64,000 bases of DNA from Eledone cirrhosa (GCA_964016885.1 OZ024741.1:130076001-130140000), one strand, 5' to 3'. Counted from the stretch's first letter, positions 41,200 to 54,765 are shown. Made by a program: numbers and translations. Notes: generated by a model not told the origin, from the sequence alone.

Positions 41200-41725
41200 G
41201 AACTTTTGAAAAGTTCCAGGACTGATGTCACAAAAGATTTATTTCAAACCCAAACTTCACATTAAGAGTTTTCTCCTTCAAAGTAATACCCCTGGAGTAT
41301 GTAACTGTAATCTTAGCTCTCTGCAGCGATCAAACTTTTTTCTTCATAATTTGATATACATGTCCTCTGTTTCAGGTCGTCAAGCAATGAGCACAGAGCA
41401 ACAAACAAACTTGAAGTTTCTGGTACGGTTGGGGAAAACTCCGTCAGAAGCACTGGGATTGCTGCAGCAAGTGTATGGAGTACGAGTACGACCCGGAGGG
41501 GATCCGTTTTAAAGACGTGGACGACATCAAAAAGGCCGTGACAACGGAACTGCGGAGGATCCCGGAAGAATCCTTCCAGGAGTGCATGCAAGCGTGGCAG
41601 AAAAGGATGGAAAAGTGCATTAGACTCCAGGGGGATTACTTTGAAGGAGAAAACTCTTAGTGGGAAGTTTGGGTTTGAAATAAATCTTTTGTGACATCAG
41701 TCCTGGAACTGTTCTGACACACCTC

Positions 41726-41728
<3 letters not shown>
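41200..41728 (+). mobile_element. Internally deleted mariner (Tc1/mariner) element
   Basis: N-terminus MSTEQQTNLKFLVRLGKTPSEALGLLQQVYG joined to C-terminus RFKDVDDIK...WQKRMEKCIRLQGDYFE. Inverted repeats 41212-41298 and 41623-41710; the right end is CTCG-TA. Confidence 0.85.
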
Positions 41729-41770
<42 letters not shown>

Positions 41771-41772
<2 letters not shown>

Positions 41773-41947
41773 GAAGGAAATGTGGTAAGGAACCAGGTGG
41801 ACCATAACGCACCAAAGTACTCAATACTTAGGGTAGTAGAGTGGGTAATAGGAACGAGTAGGACCCCGACGGCTGAGCTCAAGCTGGACTGAGTCCAGAA
41901 TTAGCCGTCGAAACGGCTTGAGCTCAGCCGTCGGGGTCCTACTCGTT

Positions 41948-41950
<3 letters not shown>
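41771..41950 (-). mobile_element. GCCGTC short fold-back family copy
   Basis: Long arm to the left; the short inverted arm ends CCTAT-(TA)n. Confidence 0.8.
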
Positions 41951-41982
<32 letters not shown>

Positions 41983-42081
41983 TAGGATCGGAATTAAGAG
42001 CATTCCGCAGTTCACAGTAATAATGATAATATTAGCTCAAAGAAGAATAGAGAATTTTCTTCTGAGATCAGATACAAATAT

Positions 42082-45000
42082 ATACTCTATACCATTTCCT
42101 GTCAGCATGACTTGGCAAGCTATTTAGAACACTGGTTTGAGCGCTTTACTTCCCTCTGAAGAAGAGATATTATCTCGAAAATTAAGGACATTTAAATAAA
42201 TCTAAGGTAAAAGACTAATTGTCAACAATATCTTTTGCATTTGCATTCTTTATTCTATGTCCATACCTGCATTGTTTTGGCTTTATTATACATATACAAA
42301 CGTTTATACCTCATTACACAATGCTTCAAGTGAACTATAACCTCCTCCTTTCCTTACGCCTGAGCCAGGCCCATTTTACAACTGTAAAGAAACTCTTCCA
42401 GCTATCTGAAAAGCGCGCCAAAGCCGGCTGCCAAATAAACTTCCTAAAACGATGCCTGAATAACAACATCATCCCCAAAATTATCAAAAATTAGCACCTA
42501 CCAACATGCTTCAAATCACCAGGCCTCAAACGATCAATTAGTTACATACAAAAATTCTGCCTAAGAAATCTCATACAACACCTACACCGCACGCTACAAC
42601 AACACATACGGACTATTTCCAGCCTTGTACCACAACTCGCTGAAACCCCAGAACCTCTGTCCAGAGTCATCTCCGCCACTATAGACAGGTCATACCACCA
42701 TCGCCGAGACTATGAGAAAATACGTCTAACGCAAACATTTCTCAAACTCAGGACGGCCAACTGTCTTAACAACATCCCAACTCTAAACACCAACAGAGGC
42801 GAACAAGACGGTACCAACACCGAACCTAGCGGCGCCCCGACCAACAACACACCTGACGCAAAACACCTCGGATCCCTCTCCCGAGAGGAATTAGACCTCC
42901 TCAGCCTGGGTCCCAAGTTCATATTGAAACAGAGACTGGACGACAAATAATGGCTCGACATAGAAACGAATTTCTGTCGGGCTGCCTACCAACTAAAATG
43001 GATATCGACTCTCGGCAACAACACCACGGGATCTATCAAACCCAGATTCCCGATTTACCAACTGGATCGCCCACTCTGTCCACCGCCTGCCAACCGCGAG
43101 CTTGAAGAAAAACTCTCGAGGCTAAAACATTCCATATTTAACATCTTACGGAAACAGAAGAAGATAGCCCCAAACCTCTCCAGGACACAACAACTCGCTC
43201 TGAAGAACCTACGGAATAGGGAACTTATTTACTTACCATCCGACAAAGGTAAAGAGTTCTGCGTCATCTCTCAAGCCACATACAACAACCTAGCCTTTGA
43301 ACACCTAAGCGACAATGAATTATACACAGAGATCCCGGACATGACTGCAGCCCAGATCGAAAAACAGACCAACTCCATCTGGTTCGATATCTGTAGGAGA
43401 AGACAACTCCCAAATAAAGTTAAGCTCAACTACACCACTAGAAATAGCAGACTGCCCACTTTCTACCACCTCATCAAGACCCACAAGAATAGTACTAAGA
43501 CGCAAATAAGACCCATCGTCTCTAGCATAGAAGGACCCCTATACAAAATTTCCTAGCTCCTCTCCCAGGTCCTCAAGCCTCTACTCTCCACCTTTCCCGG
43601 GCATGTCAGTAGCTCCGATGAAGTTATACGTAGACTACACCAACTCCAGCCGGAACAACTTAAACTAAATAAATACACCTTTAGCCTCGACGTTGTCTCC
43701 CTCTACACTACAGTCCCCGCTCATCCAGCTGTCGATTTATTGACGGACTGCGTGGTTGCAGAGGACATCCACTGCTACGGCCTCCACCCGACGGACATAC
43801 ACCAGCTTTTGTCCTTCACAGTAGACAACACGTACTTCACCTTCCACCACCACACATACAGACAGACAACAGGATTACCCATGGGATCCAGCCTATCGGG
43901 CCTGCTGGCCATCACCTACATGAACCAGCTAGAATGCCGAGCCCTCAACACCTGCCATTCCCATACCTTCTTCACCCGATATGTAGATGACATACTCATC
44001 CTTACATCATCCCGTGAGGAGGCAGATAAAATATACACAACATTCTCCAGCATGGACGCCAGTATAAAGTTCAGCATGGAACACCCCGATGACCGCGGAT
44101 CCCTATCCCTACTGGACTTCCAACACAGGGTAACAGAGGAAGGCAACATCCACACTTGCTTCTATAAAAAAGCCGCCAGCAGGGACCTGTTCGTACATTT
44201 CAGATCGGCCCTCCCACTCGGTGCCAAGTTCGGATACATAAGGAACGAACTGGCACGTATCCGGAACAAATGCACCTACGCTAGAGACCGAGACACACAC
44301 ACCACACATTTCCTGGAAGTACTCAAACTGAACGGATACACGACATCCACCAGAAACCGTGCCAGAAAGAACAGAGGGCACCACACCCGAGGCACTAACA
44401 CTTGCTTCCTGAAGCTCCCACACTTCAGTGAAGAAACAACAACAGCCATCCGCAGAGCTATCAGACGAGAGGGACTAGATATCCAACTGGCCCACTCAGG
44501 TCCTTCTCTACGCGGACAGCTAACCAAAAGACACTCCACCAGACATGACAACTGCTGCAGACTAACCAACTGCCCCATCAACGACACAGACCTATGCCAC
44601 CAGGCTTACGTCGTATACAGACTAGAGTGTGACAAATGCAACAACTTCTACGTAGGTAGCACCACCAGACCACTCCACATAAGAATAAAAGAACACCTCA
44701 ATACTAACGCTTCCTCGTTTAAGAAACACCTATTTAAATGTAAAAACACCGACAAAACCATAACAGTTAGGATAGAAACTAAGGAAAGAAACCTCGGCAA
44801 TCTTAGAATTAAGGAAGCACAAATTATAGATAAAACGCAACCACCAATCAATAATAGACTAGAACTCAACACCCAATTTATAACCTGATAGAGCTTCTAG
44901 CCCCATATTTACACACACCCACACACACACACGCACGCACACACACACACCCACGCTTACACCTCCACTTATTCTCTCTCACACATACACACACAAAACC

Positions 45001-45440
45001 AGTTCTAACACCAGATAACACCTATCCCCCACATTTACGAATAGACATATCTTCTCACACTCACACACACACACTCACATACTTACACCTTCATGCATTC
45101 TCCCACACACTTAAACAGGCATGTATAAAAAAAACCAAAAAACAAAAACAAACCCCCTTTTAAAAGGAGACTACTCTTTATCCACCTAATTTTAACTCTT
45201 TGACATTAGAGATAGAACAGATACTCTATACCATTTCCTGTCAGCATGACTTGGCAAGCTATTTAGAACACTGGTTTGAGAGATTTACTTCCCTCTGAAG
45301 AAGAGATATTATCTCGAAAATTAAGGACATTTAAATAAATCTAAGGTAAAAGACTAATTGTCAACAATATCTTTTGCATTTGCATTCTTTATTCTATGTC
45401 CATACCTGCATTGTTTTGGCTTTATTATACATATACAAAC

Positions 45441-45447
<7 letters not shown>
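42082..45447 (+). mobile_element. Full-length Penelope-like element with direct pLTRs (42082-42308, 45221-45447)
   Basis: Direct repeats of about 227 bp, each with CCT-CTGAAGA-A-GAGAT-ATT-ATCTC-GAAA-AT-TA-AGG. RT and GIY-YIG ORF between them; 3' end in (TA)n. Confidence 0.92.
42320..44888 (+). pseudogene. PLE reverse transcriptase plus GIY-YIG endonuclease, with in-frame stops
   Basis: One frame with stops at 42492, 42948 and 43554. Motifs PSDKG, IKTHK, RPIVS, FSLDVVSLYT, GLPMGS, RYVDD and VVYRLEC..FYVGSTTRPLHIRIKEH. Confidence 0.9.
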
Positions 45448-45521
<74 letters not shown>

Positions 45522-45527
<6 letters not shown>

Positions 45528-45607
45528 CTCTACGGTTCTTATATATTTGATATATATTTATCCTTATCGAGCCCTCTTTGGATTTTAGTCTTCAAATTTA
45601 TTATTAT

Positions 45608-45612
<5 letters not shown>
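45522..45612 (+). mobile_element. Terminal fragment of the 15562/56315 family between (TA)n tracts
   Basis: Reverse complement of 15562-15650. Confidence 0.7.
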
Positions 45613-45641
<29 letters not shown>

Positions 45642-45673
45642 GAACATTCTCTACCAGATATTTTGTTTTAGTC

Positions 45674-46433
45674 TCATTCATTCTCAGCCCCACACTCATC
45701 GACAGTCTCAACCTCCTGCACCCAATCCTCTGTCTCCTTCACTGTATTTGTCACCAAAACTATGTCGTCGGCAAATTCAGCATTCGATATCTTTTTCGCC
45801 TTAACTCTCCTACTCTGAGCCGATGCTACAGTAAATCCAGAGTCCTGGTGTTTCTCCAGTGCAAGGCGCATACAATAGTCCACTACAATGATAAAAAGAA
45901 GATGATGTGGTTTAGAGGAAGAGCAAAACCTGGGCGGCGTGCCACAGCTTGAGATCGGTGTGGAACTCGAACCTTCGTAAAGACCTGAAAATCCGCCTCT
46001 TCATTGCTGTAGTGGAGTCTGTGCTGCTGTACGGGTCTGAGGCTTGGACACTGACCAAGAAACTCACTCAGATGGTGGATGGGTGCTACACGAGAATGCT
46101 GTGGATGGCTCTGAACATTAATCAGTACACACTGAGGATGAAAAACTCAGAGCTATATGGGAGCCCCCCCAAAATCAGCTCAAATGTGACACAGAGGAGA
46201 CTGAGGTTAGCTGGACATGGTCACCGACATCCAGAGTTGACATTGCATTGCACTCAGTGCTCCTGTGGGAGCCCCTACATGGACACACTAGAAGAGGAAG
46301 ACCAAGGTTAACGTATGTTCATGCCCTAAGGACAAACACTGGTCTGTTGGAGACGCAGGACATGGCAACGATAATGAGGGACAGAGACCGCTGGAGAGAA
46401 CTCGTCCATGGATCTCGGGAATTTTACCCGCCC
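45674..46433 (+). mobile_element. RTE-type LINE fragment with an inverted 5' portion
   Basis: 45674-45883 minus encodes NAEFADDIVLV; 45949-46430 plus encodes VESVLLYGSEAWTL...RRLRLAGH...GRPRLT. Confidence 0.75.
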
Positions 46434-46511
<78 letters not shown>

Positions 46512-46740
46512 CAGAAATAACACAATCGGTACAGTATATGGAAAGGATATATTAGGTTTAACTCTTGATATAACAGGAAGAGGGTCTTAACGTTTTGGAA
46601 GAAACAATGAGAAATAAGATAAATTGAGGGGATGGGCGGAATGGAATTGGAAAAAATGTCTTTAGATAAAAATAACAGATCCATTCATGTTGACACCTCT
46701 TGCAAAACTGTATACATACATACATACATACATACATACA

Positions 46741-46822
<82 letters not shown>

Positions 46823-46864
46823 TGTATGTATACGGTGGGGCTGTCTGTGTGTGTGTTTGTTTCG

Positions 46865-46944
<80 letters not shown>

Positions 46945-46985
46945 ACGTCGTGTAGACGCGTTCTTGAGACTAGTAAAATGAGGTA

Positions 46986-47073
46986 TCCTCTTGATAAGTC
47001 GGCAGACCTCGCAAGGACTCTATGTCTTTGATATATTGTTTTTGTTTATGCCACGAAACTACGTAGTCGAGGA
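46986..47073 (+). ncRNA. Type I HHR with a U3-A8 core variant
   Basis: TCCTC-TTGATAA-GT.GGCA..TGCC.AC-GAAA-CTACGTAG-TC-GAGGA. Confidence 0.7.
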
Positions 47074-47466
47074 ATTTAGGAACAGTTTAGGTATGATACA
47101 TTTTATTACTAATTATATCTAAATGTTTCTTCTCTCTTCATAATGTATATATATATATATATATATTTATCAATGTAAACAAGTATCAGAAGAGAAAACT
47201 AAATTTATGATATGTAAATAATAAGATTTGGGGGTTTATTTAATGTAACATTCAAGTGCAATGAATATATTTACCATAATTATTGACTGGGTGGATACGC
47301 ATTTGACCAACACCACAATATTCAGCCCGTTCTATCACCACCACACCATATGCACCATGTTACCAACACCACTGTATGTATTACATTCTACCCATACCAC
47401 AGTATGTAGTCCATTCTACCACCACCACAGCATATATTTCATTCTACCACACCACTGTATTTCGAC

Positions 47467-48320
47467 CATTCTACCAACACAACACTATATATTATATTCT
47501 AGCAACATCCCAGTATGTAGTCTATTCTACCAACACGACACTATATATTATATTCTAGCAACACCACTGTATGTAGTCTATTCTACCAACACGACACTAT
47601 ATATTATATTCTAGCAACACCACTGTATGTAGTCCATTCTACCAACACAACACTATATATTATATACTAACAACATTACAGTATGTAGTCCAATCTACCA
47701 ACACGACACTATATATTATATTCTAGCAACATCACTGTATGTAGTCTATTCTACCAATACAACACTATATATTATATACTAACAACATTACAGTATGTAG
47801 TCTATTCTACCAACACGACACTATATATTATATTCTAGCAACATCACTGTATGTAGTCTATTCTACCAATACAACACTATATATTATATTCTAGCAACAC
47901 CACTGTATGTAGTCTATTCTACCAACACAACACTATATATTATATTCTAGCAACATCCCAGTATGTAGTCTATTCTACCAACACGACACTATATATTATA
48001 TTCTAGCAACACCACTGTATGTAGTCTATTCTACCAACACGACACTATATATTATATTCTAGCAACACCACTGTATGTAGTCCATTCTACCAACACAACA
48101 CTATATATTATATACGAGCAACATCACTGTATGTAGTCCATTCTACCAATACAACACTATATATTATATACTAGCAACACCACTGTATGTAGTCCATTCT
48201 ACCAACACAACACTATATATTATATACGAGCAACACCACTGTATGTAGTCCATTCTACCAACACAACACTATATATTATATACGAGCAACACCACTGTAT
48301 GTAGTCCATTCTACCAACAC
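47467..48320. repeat. 56-bp minisatellite (two related 28-mers), about 15 units, with degenerate 28-bp flanks from about 47300 to 48900
   Basis: Unit TATTCTACCAACACGACACTATATATTA-TATTCTAGCAACACCACTGTATGTAGTC; consecutive units start at 47523 and 47579. Confidence 0.9.
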
Positions 48321-49339
48321 TATTGTATTTATCTACAATCAACCTATTTACCAAAACCTCTGCATGTACTCCATTCTGTAGTGCATACTGCTAACACTAT
48401 AGAATGTACTCCATTCTATCAACATCATAGCATTGTAGTACATTCTGTTAACACCACAGTATGTAGCCCATTGAAAAAAAAAACTACATATAATCCATTC
48501 TATCATCACCACATTATATAGAACTATCCATCAACACTACATAGATCTATCATCCCCACAAAGTGTTGACCTATCTATCAACACTATGCTGTGTACATCT
48601 AGCTATTATCGCCACATTATGGTAGATCTATCTACCAAACACCATTGTATTTATTCTCTTTTCAAAACGACTACACACAGTTCCTTCTAGTAACCCTAGT
48701 TTGTGTTGTGTAGTCCATTCTACTAACAACATATGGTGTACTCTATTTAGTCCATTCTACTAACACTATATGGTGTTCTCTATTTAGGGTCTTATACTAG
48801 CACTACTCCATACAGTGTATCACATTCTTCTATGTTACATATATTATCATCCATTCAACCAGTACCACATCATGTAGTGTAGTCTATCCTCATAATACCA
48901 CCTGATATAATTGTTTCTATTTTTGGCACAAGGCCAGCAATTATCCCAGTGAATTACTGGTACTTTATTTTGTCGACCGTAGTTCATGTCATCCAGTAGG
49001 CATTCCTTTGCATAAGGTTCAACTTAGTAAAGACATATTACGATATTTCCGTCACCCCTGGTAAGATAGAGCTATGATCACGAACACTTCAGTCGTGACC
49101 ATCCAATATTTTCACTTAGTAATGTGAACTTGGGGTGACATTACCTCAAAATCAGATGTAAGGTAGAATTGGCTGCTATTTCTAGCAAGTTGAGTATAAC
49201 CATAGAGTGTCACTTGATGACTCGTAATAGTATTTAGTGCAGTGTGATATAGTAATACAGGATATATACACACGTCTATATAATATAGACCTGTGTAAAC
49301 ATCCTGCTATATCATATCAGTGTAGTTTTCATAATCAAC

Positions 49340-49377
49340 GACGTCATCAACGTCATCATCATCATCATCATCATCAC

Positions 49378-49415
<38 letters not shown>

Positions 49416-49620
49416 TCCTGCTGCTGCTCTTTCTGTTCCCCATGCTCTATATAATCATCACCATCAACACCACCACAACTACAATCACCATTTCCACCAC
49501 CGCCACCACAACCACAGCCTCCACCACAAACACCCCAACCACCATCACCCCAACCACCACCACTACTACCTCCACCACCACCACCACCACCACCACCACC
49601 ACCACCACCACCACCACAAT
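49340..49620. repeat. (CAT)n/(CAC)n trinucleotide low-complexity tract
   Basis: Direct reading. Confidence 0.9.
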
Positions 49621-49944
49621 CATTTGAACTGAGATTAAAGAAAGCTGGAACAAACACCACAAGTTTTTTTCTATCTGATGCTTCAATGACTCCTAATTGG
49701 CCGTCGTAATCAGACCCTTCTGTCTTAAACAAAGGAAAGAAACAGTGAAGATATACAAAGGGAGGTAATGGTCAAAGACAAACAACAACATGATAATAAA
49801 TATTTTTAACAAAGACAACTGTTTGTAGCAAAATCATCATTTAAATTGATCCAGTATATGATATGCACTTACGTTATTAACTATCATTTTAGTAATTCCC
49901 TTTAAATTCTTCATTAATCAATTGAATTACGGTGTCTTTCATTA

Positions 49945-50085
49945 AGGCGGCGAATTAGAGTCGTTAGAACGTCAAGTAGAATGCTTTGTGGTATTCGTTC
50001 CAGTTTTCTGCTCTCTAAGTTCAAACCCTGCCGAGGTCAATTTTCTCTTTCATCTATGCGAGGTTGACAAAAGAAGTACCAATCT
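49945..50085 (+). mobile_element. Degenerate SINE family A
   Basis: AAGGCGGCGAATT...AAGTTCAAACCCTGCCGAGGTCAA...AGTACCA. Confidence 0.6.
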
Positions 50086-50499
50086 AGTACTTCCTCAATA
50101 TCTCTTTTTCTCTTTCTTTTTCTCACTCTCTATCTTTCTTTGGAAGAAATCTGCTGTGTTTAGATTTGGAGATGTGATGGGCTCTGCCAGGTTTTAAAAT
50201 TGCCCTAGAAACGCCGTATGTCAGTATGGCGCCTCCAAGACTCCCTCAAGAGTTACCCTGCCATGAATCTTTTTATTACAAATGCTGTCAAAAGTGGAAC
50301 AAACAAACGACATCCCAAGACACCCCAGGTATCGACAACGAAATGAGAACAATCTAATTCTGTGGTTTTTAAGAAATTCTGAGAATATTATCGAACGTGA
50401 CAGACACTGAAAGCCGAGGAAGTGGCTTCCAACGGAAGGAATATCGGTACTGTAACAACGAACATAAGGACACTAATCCGGATAAATCAATTGATAAAA

Positions 50500-51650
50500 T
50501 GGGGAGAGGAAAGTCGATTTAATCGACCACAGCGCGTTATTGTTGCATTGTCGTCCTCGTAATGATGAAAGGCAAAGCTAACCTTGGCAGAATTTGAACT
50601 CAGAATGAAGAGGGCCGTAACTCTATGTCGTAAAGCATGTTGTCCAACGCTCTACTGGTACTGCCAAACTATCACCCTTTCATAATAATTTCTAATTTAA
50701 ACTCAAGGGCAGCAAATTTAGGAAATAAGCAAAGCTGATTAAATCATCCCCAGGACTTGGTTGGTACTTTATTTTATTGATCCCAGAAGAATCAAAGGCA
50801 ATATTGATCTTGATGTGATTTAACTTCAGAATGTAAAGGTTCACAACAAATCCCGCAATGACATTTTGTTCGATGCTCTACCAATTCTGTCCAATCACTT
50901 TTATAAATGAGTTTATAAAAGTGATTTCTGATTTAGAGAAAAGGCCAGCAATTTTGGGGAGGAGAAAATCGATAAAATGGACTCCAATACTTTTTTCGAC
51001 ATCGAAAGGATAAAGGAAATGTGACCTTAAGTGTATAATAATGATTTCTGATTTCTGATTTAGACACAAGGCGAACAATTCGGGAGGAGCAGAATGTCGA
51101 TTAAATTGAATCCAGCGCTTACTGGTAATTTATTTTGTTGACCCCGTAAGGATGAAAGGTAAAGTTAACCTCGTAAAGGGGCGTAAGTATATGTCACAAT
51201 GCATGTTGTCCGACTCTTCATCGAAAGTGCCAATCCACCACCCTGAATCAGTTTATAATAATGATTTCTACTATAGGAACAAGGCCAGCAAGTTTTGGGG
51301 AGATGAAGGTAGATTAAATCGAACCCAGTGAGTGACTGATACTTTATTTCATCGATCCCGTAAGGATGAAAGGCAAAGCTAACGTTGGCAACATTTGAAC
51401 TCAGAACGTAAAAGGCCGTAAGTTTCTGCCGCAAAGCATGGTGTCCGACGCTCTACCGATTCTGCCAATCCATCGCCCTCAATCAGTTTATAATAGTGAA
51501 ACAAGTATCTGAGAGTTACTTTATTTCATCGAACCAGGAAAAATTAAAGACAAAGTTAAGCTCGATAGGAATCGAACACAAAACGAAAGAATATTTAACT
51601 AAATATGGCAAGCCATTTCATCCATGGCGTTGGCGATTCTAACGAATCCA
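50500..51650 (-). mobile_element. Head-to-tail cluster of about six degenerate SINE family A copies
   Basis: Repeated ACAAGGCCAGCAA, GACCCCGTAAGGATGAAAGG, ATTTGAACTCAG and CTGCCAATCCA blocks. Confidence 0.7.
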
Positions 51651-51915
51651 TAGATGGCTACTTCATCCTTTCACAATCAGCTCATAGTACTATCATCTAT
51701 CTAGGATATATATATACTAAGACTCACTGTTCCATTTTCAAGTGTTATTGATGAGGAATTTATAGATTATAATCGCATATTTTTTCAGCAAATATTTGTA
51801 AACATGTTATGTTCTTATTTAAAGAAATGTTTGTTTGGGGTAACAAGGTAGGAGGAAAAATAATCTATATATATATAGATGTCTGTGACTCTGTGTCTAT
51901 GCGTATATATATATA

Positions 51916-51958
<43 letters not shown>

Positions 51959-51959
51959 G

Positions 51960-52145
51960 TTTATACTTTTTGGCACAAGGCCACCAATTATCCCAGTGTA
52001 TTACTGGTACTTTATTTCATCGACCCCGTAAGGATGAGAGGCAAAGTTAACCTCGGCAGGATTTGAACTCAGTCTGCAAAGGGAAGTAACTCTTTGCTGC
52101 AAAGCATGGCGTCCGACCCTCTACCGATACTGCCAATCCACCGCC
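51960..52145 (-). mobile_element. SINE family A
   Basis: Matches 22660-22844. Confidence 0.8.
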
Positions 52146-52274
52146 TATATATATATATATAGTGAGCGCTTGTTTAGAAACGGCGAGAGGAGATTTCTCC
52201 GTAATTTTGGTTAAGTAAAATACTCTCATAATAACGGGGCGTATAAACCCACTGAACGGAAGAAGATGGGCAAT

Positions 52275-52392
<118 letters not shown>

Positions 52393-52823
52393 ATAATAAT
52401 ACGGAAGAGGATATTAATTTTTCATATTTTATATTTCAATGATTTGCATATGTAATTTATGTAATTTGAAATATAAAATGCTAAAAAGTAGCATCCTGCC
52501 TTTGCAATTACTCATATATCAATACTCAGTAATATTCCAATCTATATGTATCTTAACTGATCAGTATGATAGAAACGCCATACTTAAGATTAATGAAATC
52601 CTTTAAACGAAGTATATATATATATGAAAAAAGGAAAAGAATGACTTCACTTCTAGTTCTAAACAATTTGCTTTAATTTTATAATATTATAAAATTAAAT
52701 CAAGTGAAGTCATTCTTTTCCTTTTTTCAAATATACCTAACTGTACCCGTCCAACCCTTGCAAGCAGGGAAAAGTGGACGTAAAATGAGGATGATGATTA
52801 TGTACCAAGGATTTCACACATTT

Positions 52824-52917
<94 letters not shown>

Positions 52918-52937
52918 TATATATAATATATAATATA

Positions 52938-54133
52938 TTACAGGGAAAAATGCGGGCGCATGTAAAGAAATATTCTTAAATTAATAAACCTAGAAAAGTA
53001 AAGGACAAGTTATTACACCTGGAAAAGTAAAGGACAAGAAAACTTCTTCTTAAAACTTCTTAAAATATTGCAGCTATAGTATAAATTTGAATAATAAAAA
53101 ATATTTGATTTAAATATACGTAGAAAGTGATAAATTCTAATAATACAGTTGACTCTCTAATTGATAATAATACTAATTTATGATCATTTATTTAATTTTG
53201 TGATCCTAATTTACACCATAGTGGTTGGGTGATTAAATAAATATACTTTATTTTACTTTACTAAATGGGACTGAAAAAATGAGTGACAATTATAAACATC
53301 AAATAAAACAAAATTTTGGCGTGTAAATGACACTAACAATTAATTAATAATTAATTAGGGAGCCAACTGTAATGATAAATAATAACAAATTATAATTGTT
53401 TAATAATGAAATTTAAGACCTGTCAGAGATCAAAATAACCAATCTACATTTTTAGGTAGAGTAAAATTAGACTACAATTAAAAATTAAACATTGTCTAAT
53501 TCAACAGTTCATCTAATGAATTGATGAATTCACTATAATTGATTGATTCACTATAAATGAATAATTGATGAATTGACTTTTACCTAATTTTGCCCCTTGA
53601 GATGTTGAATTTTACTATATTATAAAAAAAAATCTGTAATACTCATAAAAAGTGCAATTATATGATGCACTGTTTTTGATTTATTTTACTGCATTATTTT
53701 ATAACTAAATTTTTTAAAATATAATTTGATTAAGAGTGAAACTTAAATATCTTATAACATAAATTAATAAATTGTACATATTAATTATTATTATTATTAA
53801 TTAATTATTGTACAAATTATTGTACAAATTTTATTTTAAAAAGATTAATTTGTATACACCAAGAAAAAAATTAAGTATACAGTAGTCAACTCTCCCTATA
53901 AGACAGTCATTTTTACAGTCCTTTAAAGTGATATTTTTTTAACAATTAACTTATAATTATTTATTTTTAGTTTTATAATCTAAATATTTTTTTTCAAATT
54001 TATACTATAGCTGCAATATTTTAAGAAGTTTTCTTGTCCTTTACTTTTCCAGGTGTAATAACTTGTCCTTTACTTTTCTAGGTTTATTAATTTAAGAATA
54101 TTTCTTTACATGCGCCCGCATTTTTCCCTGTAA
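52938..54133. mobile_element. AT-rich element bounded by inverted repeats of about 150 bp
   Basis: ATTACAGGGAAAAATGCGGGCGCATG... (52938-53090) is inverted at about 53993-54133. Confidence 0.7.
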
Positions 54134-54255
54134 TCCACTTTTTTTCCAGGCAATGCAAGGATATTATATTAATATTAATAAAAATATTTATCAAAAAATA
54201 AGTTAAATAATAATAATAAATAATAATGAATAGGAAGAAGTGCAGATAGGAAAAG

Positions 54256-54328
54256 TAATGAGGGTGAGAATCGAACCCACGACCTTCGGATTGCCGGTCC
54301 GCTGCTCTACCAACTGAGCTACCTGACC
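54256..54328 (-). pseudogene. tRNA-like sequence (anticodon position GGC), probably a pseudogene or element-borne copy
   Basis: GGTCAGGTAGCTCAGTTGGTAGAGC-A-GCGGA-CCGGCAA-TCCGA-AGGTC-GTGGGTTCGATTCTCAC-CCTCATT. D and T arms are good; the acceptor stem is mismatched and position 33 is C. Confidence 0.6.
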
Positions 54329-54632
54329 ACAATTCGCTATTGCACAATCTATCACTATTTTAATGTATTAGAAATTAGAAACAAACTAAGCGTTACTTAT
54401 GTATGTAGTTCCTTACACTCTTTTGGTCCTCACTTATTTTTATGTAACTTTTTTTATACTGAACCAAATTTCAATATTTTTATGTCAAAAGGTAGCTTAT
54501 CTGTGGTCCTATAAAGTGCAAAACACCGCATCCAATTCTATCAAAAATTGAATTAGTGACAAAGCTTTGAAGGTGTCTCGAGTGACCGAAATGGGACCCT
54601 AAGAATATTATACACCTACTACCGTAGGTGTA

Positions 54633-54685
<53 letters not shown>

Positions 54686-54695
54686 TATATATATA

Positions 54696-54759
<64 letters not shown>

Positions 54760-54765
<6 letters not shown>

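Noticed and set aside
47467-48320. Possible CRISPR array
   Set aside because: The units are contiguous tandem repeats with no unique spacers; the context is eukaryotic and has no cas genes.
54256-54328. Functional tRNA-Ala gene
   Set aside because: Acceptor stem mismatches and C at position 33; kept only as a pseudogene call.
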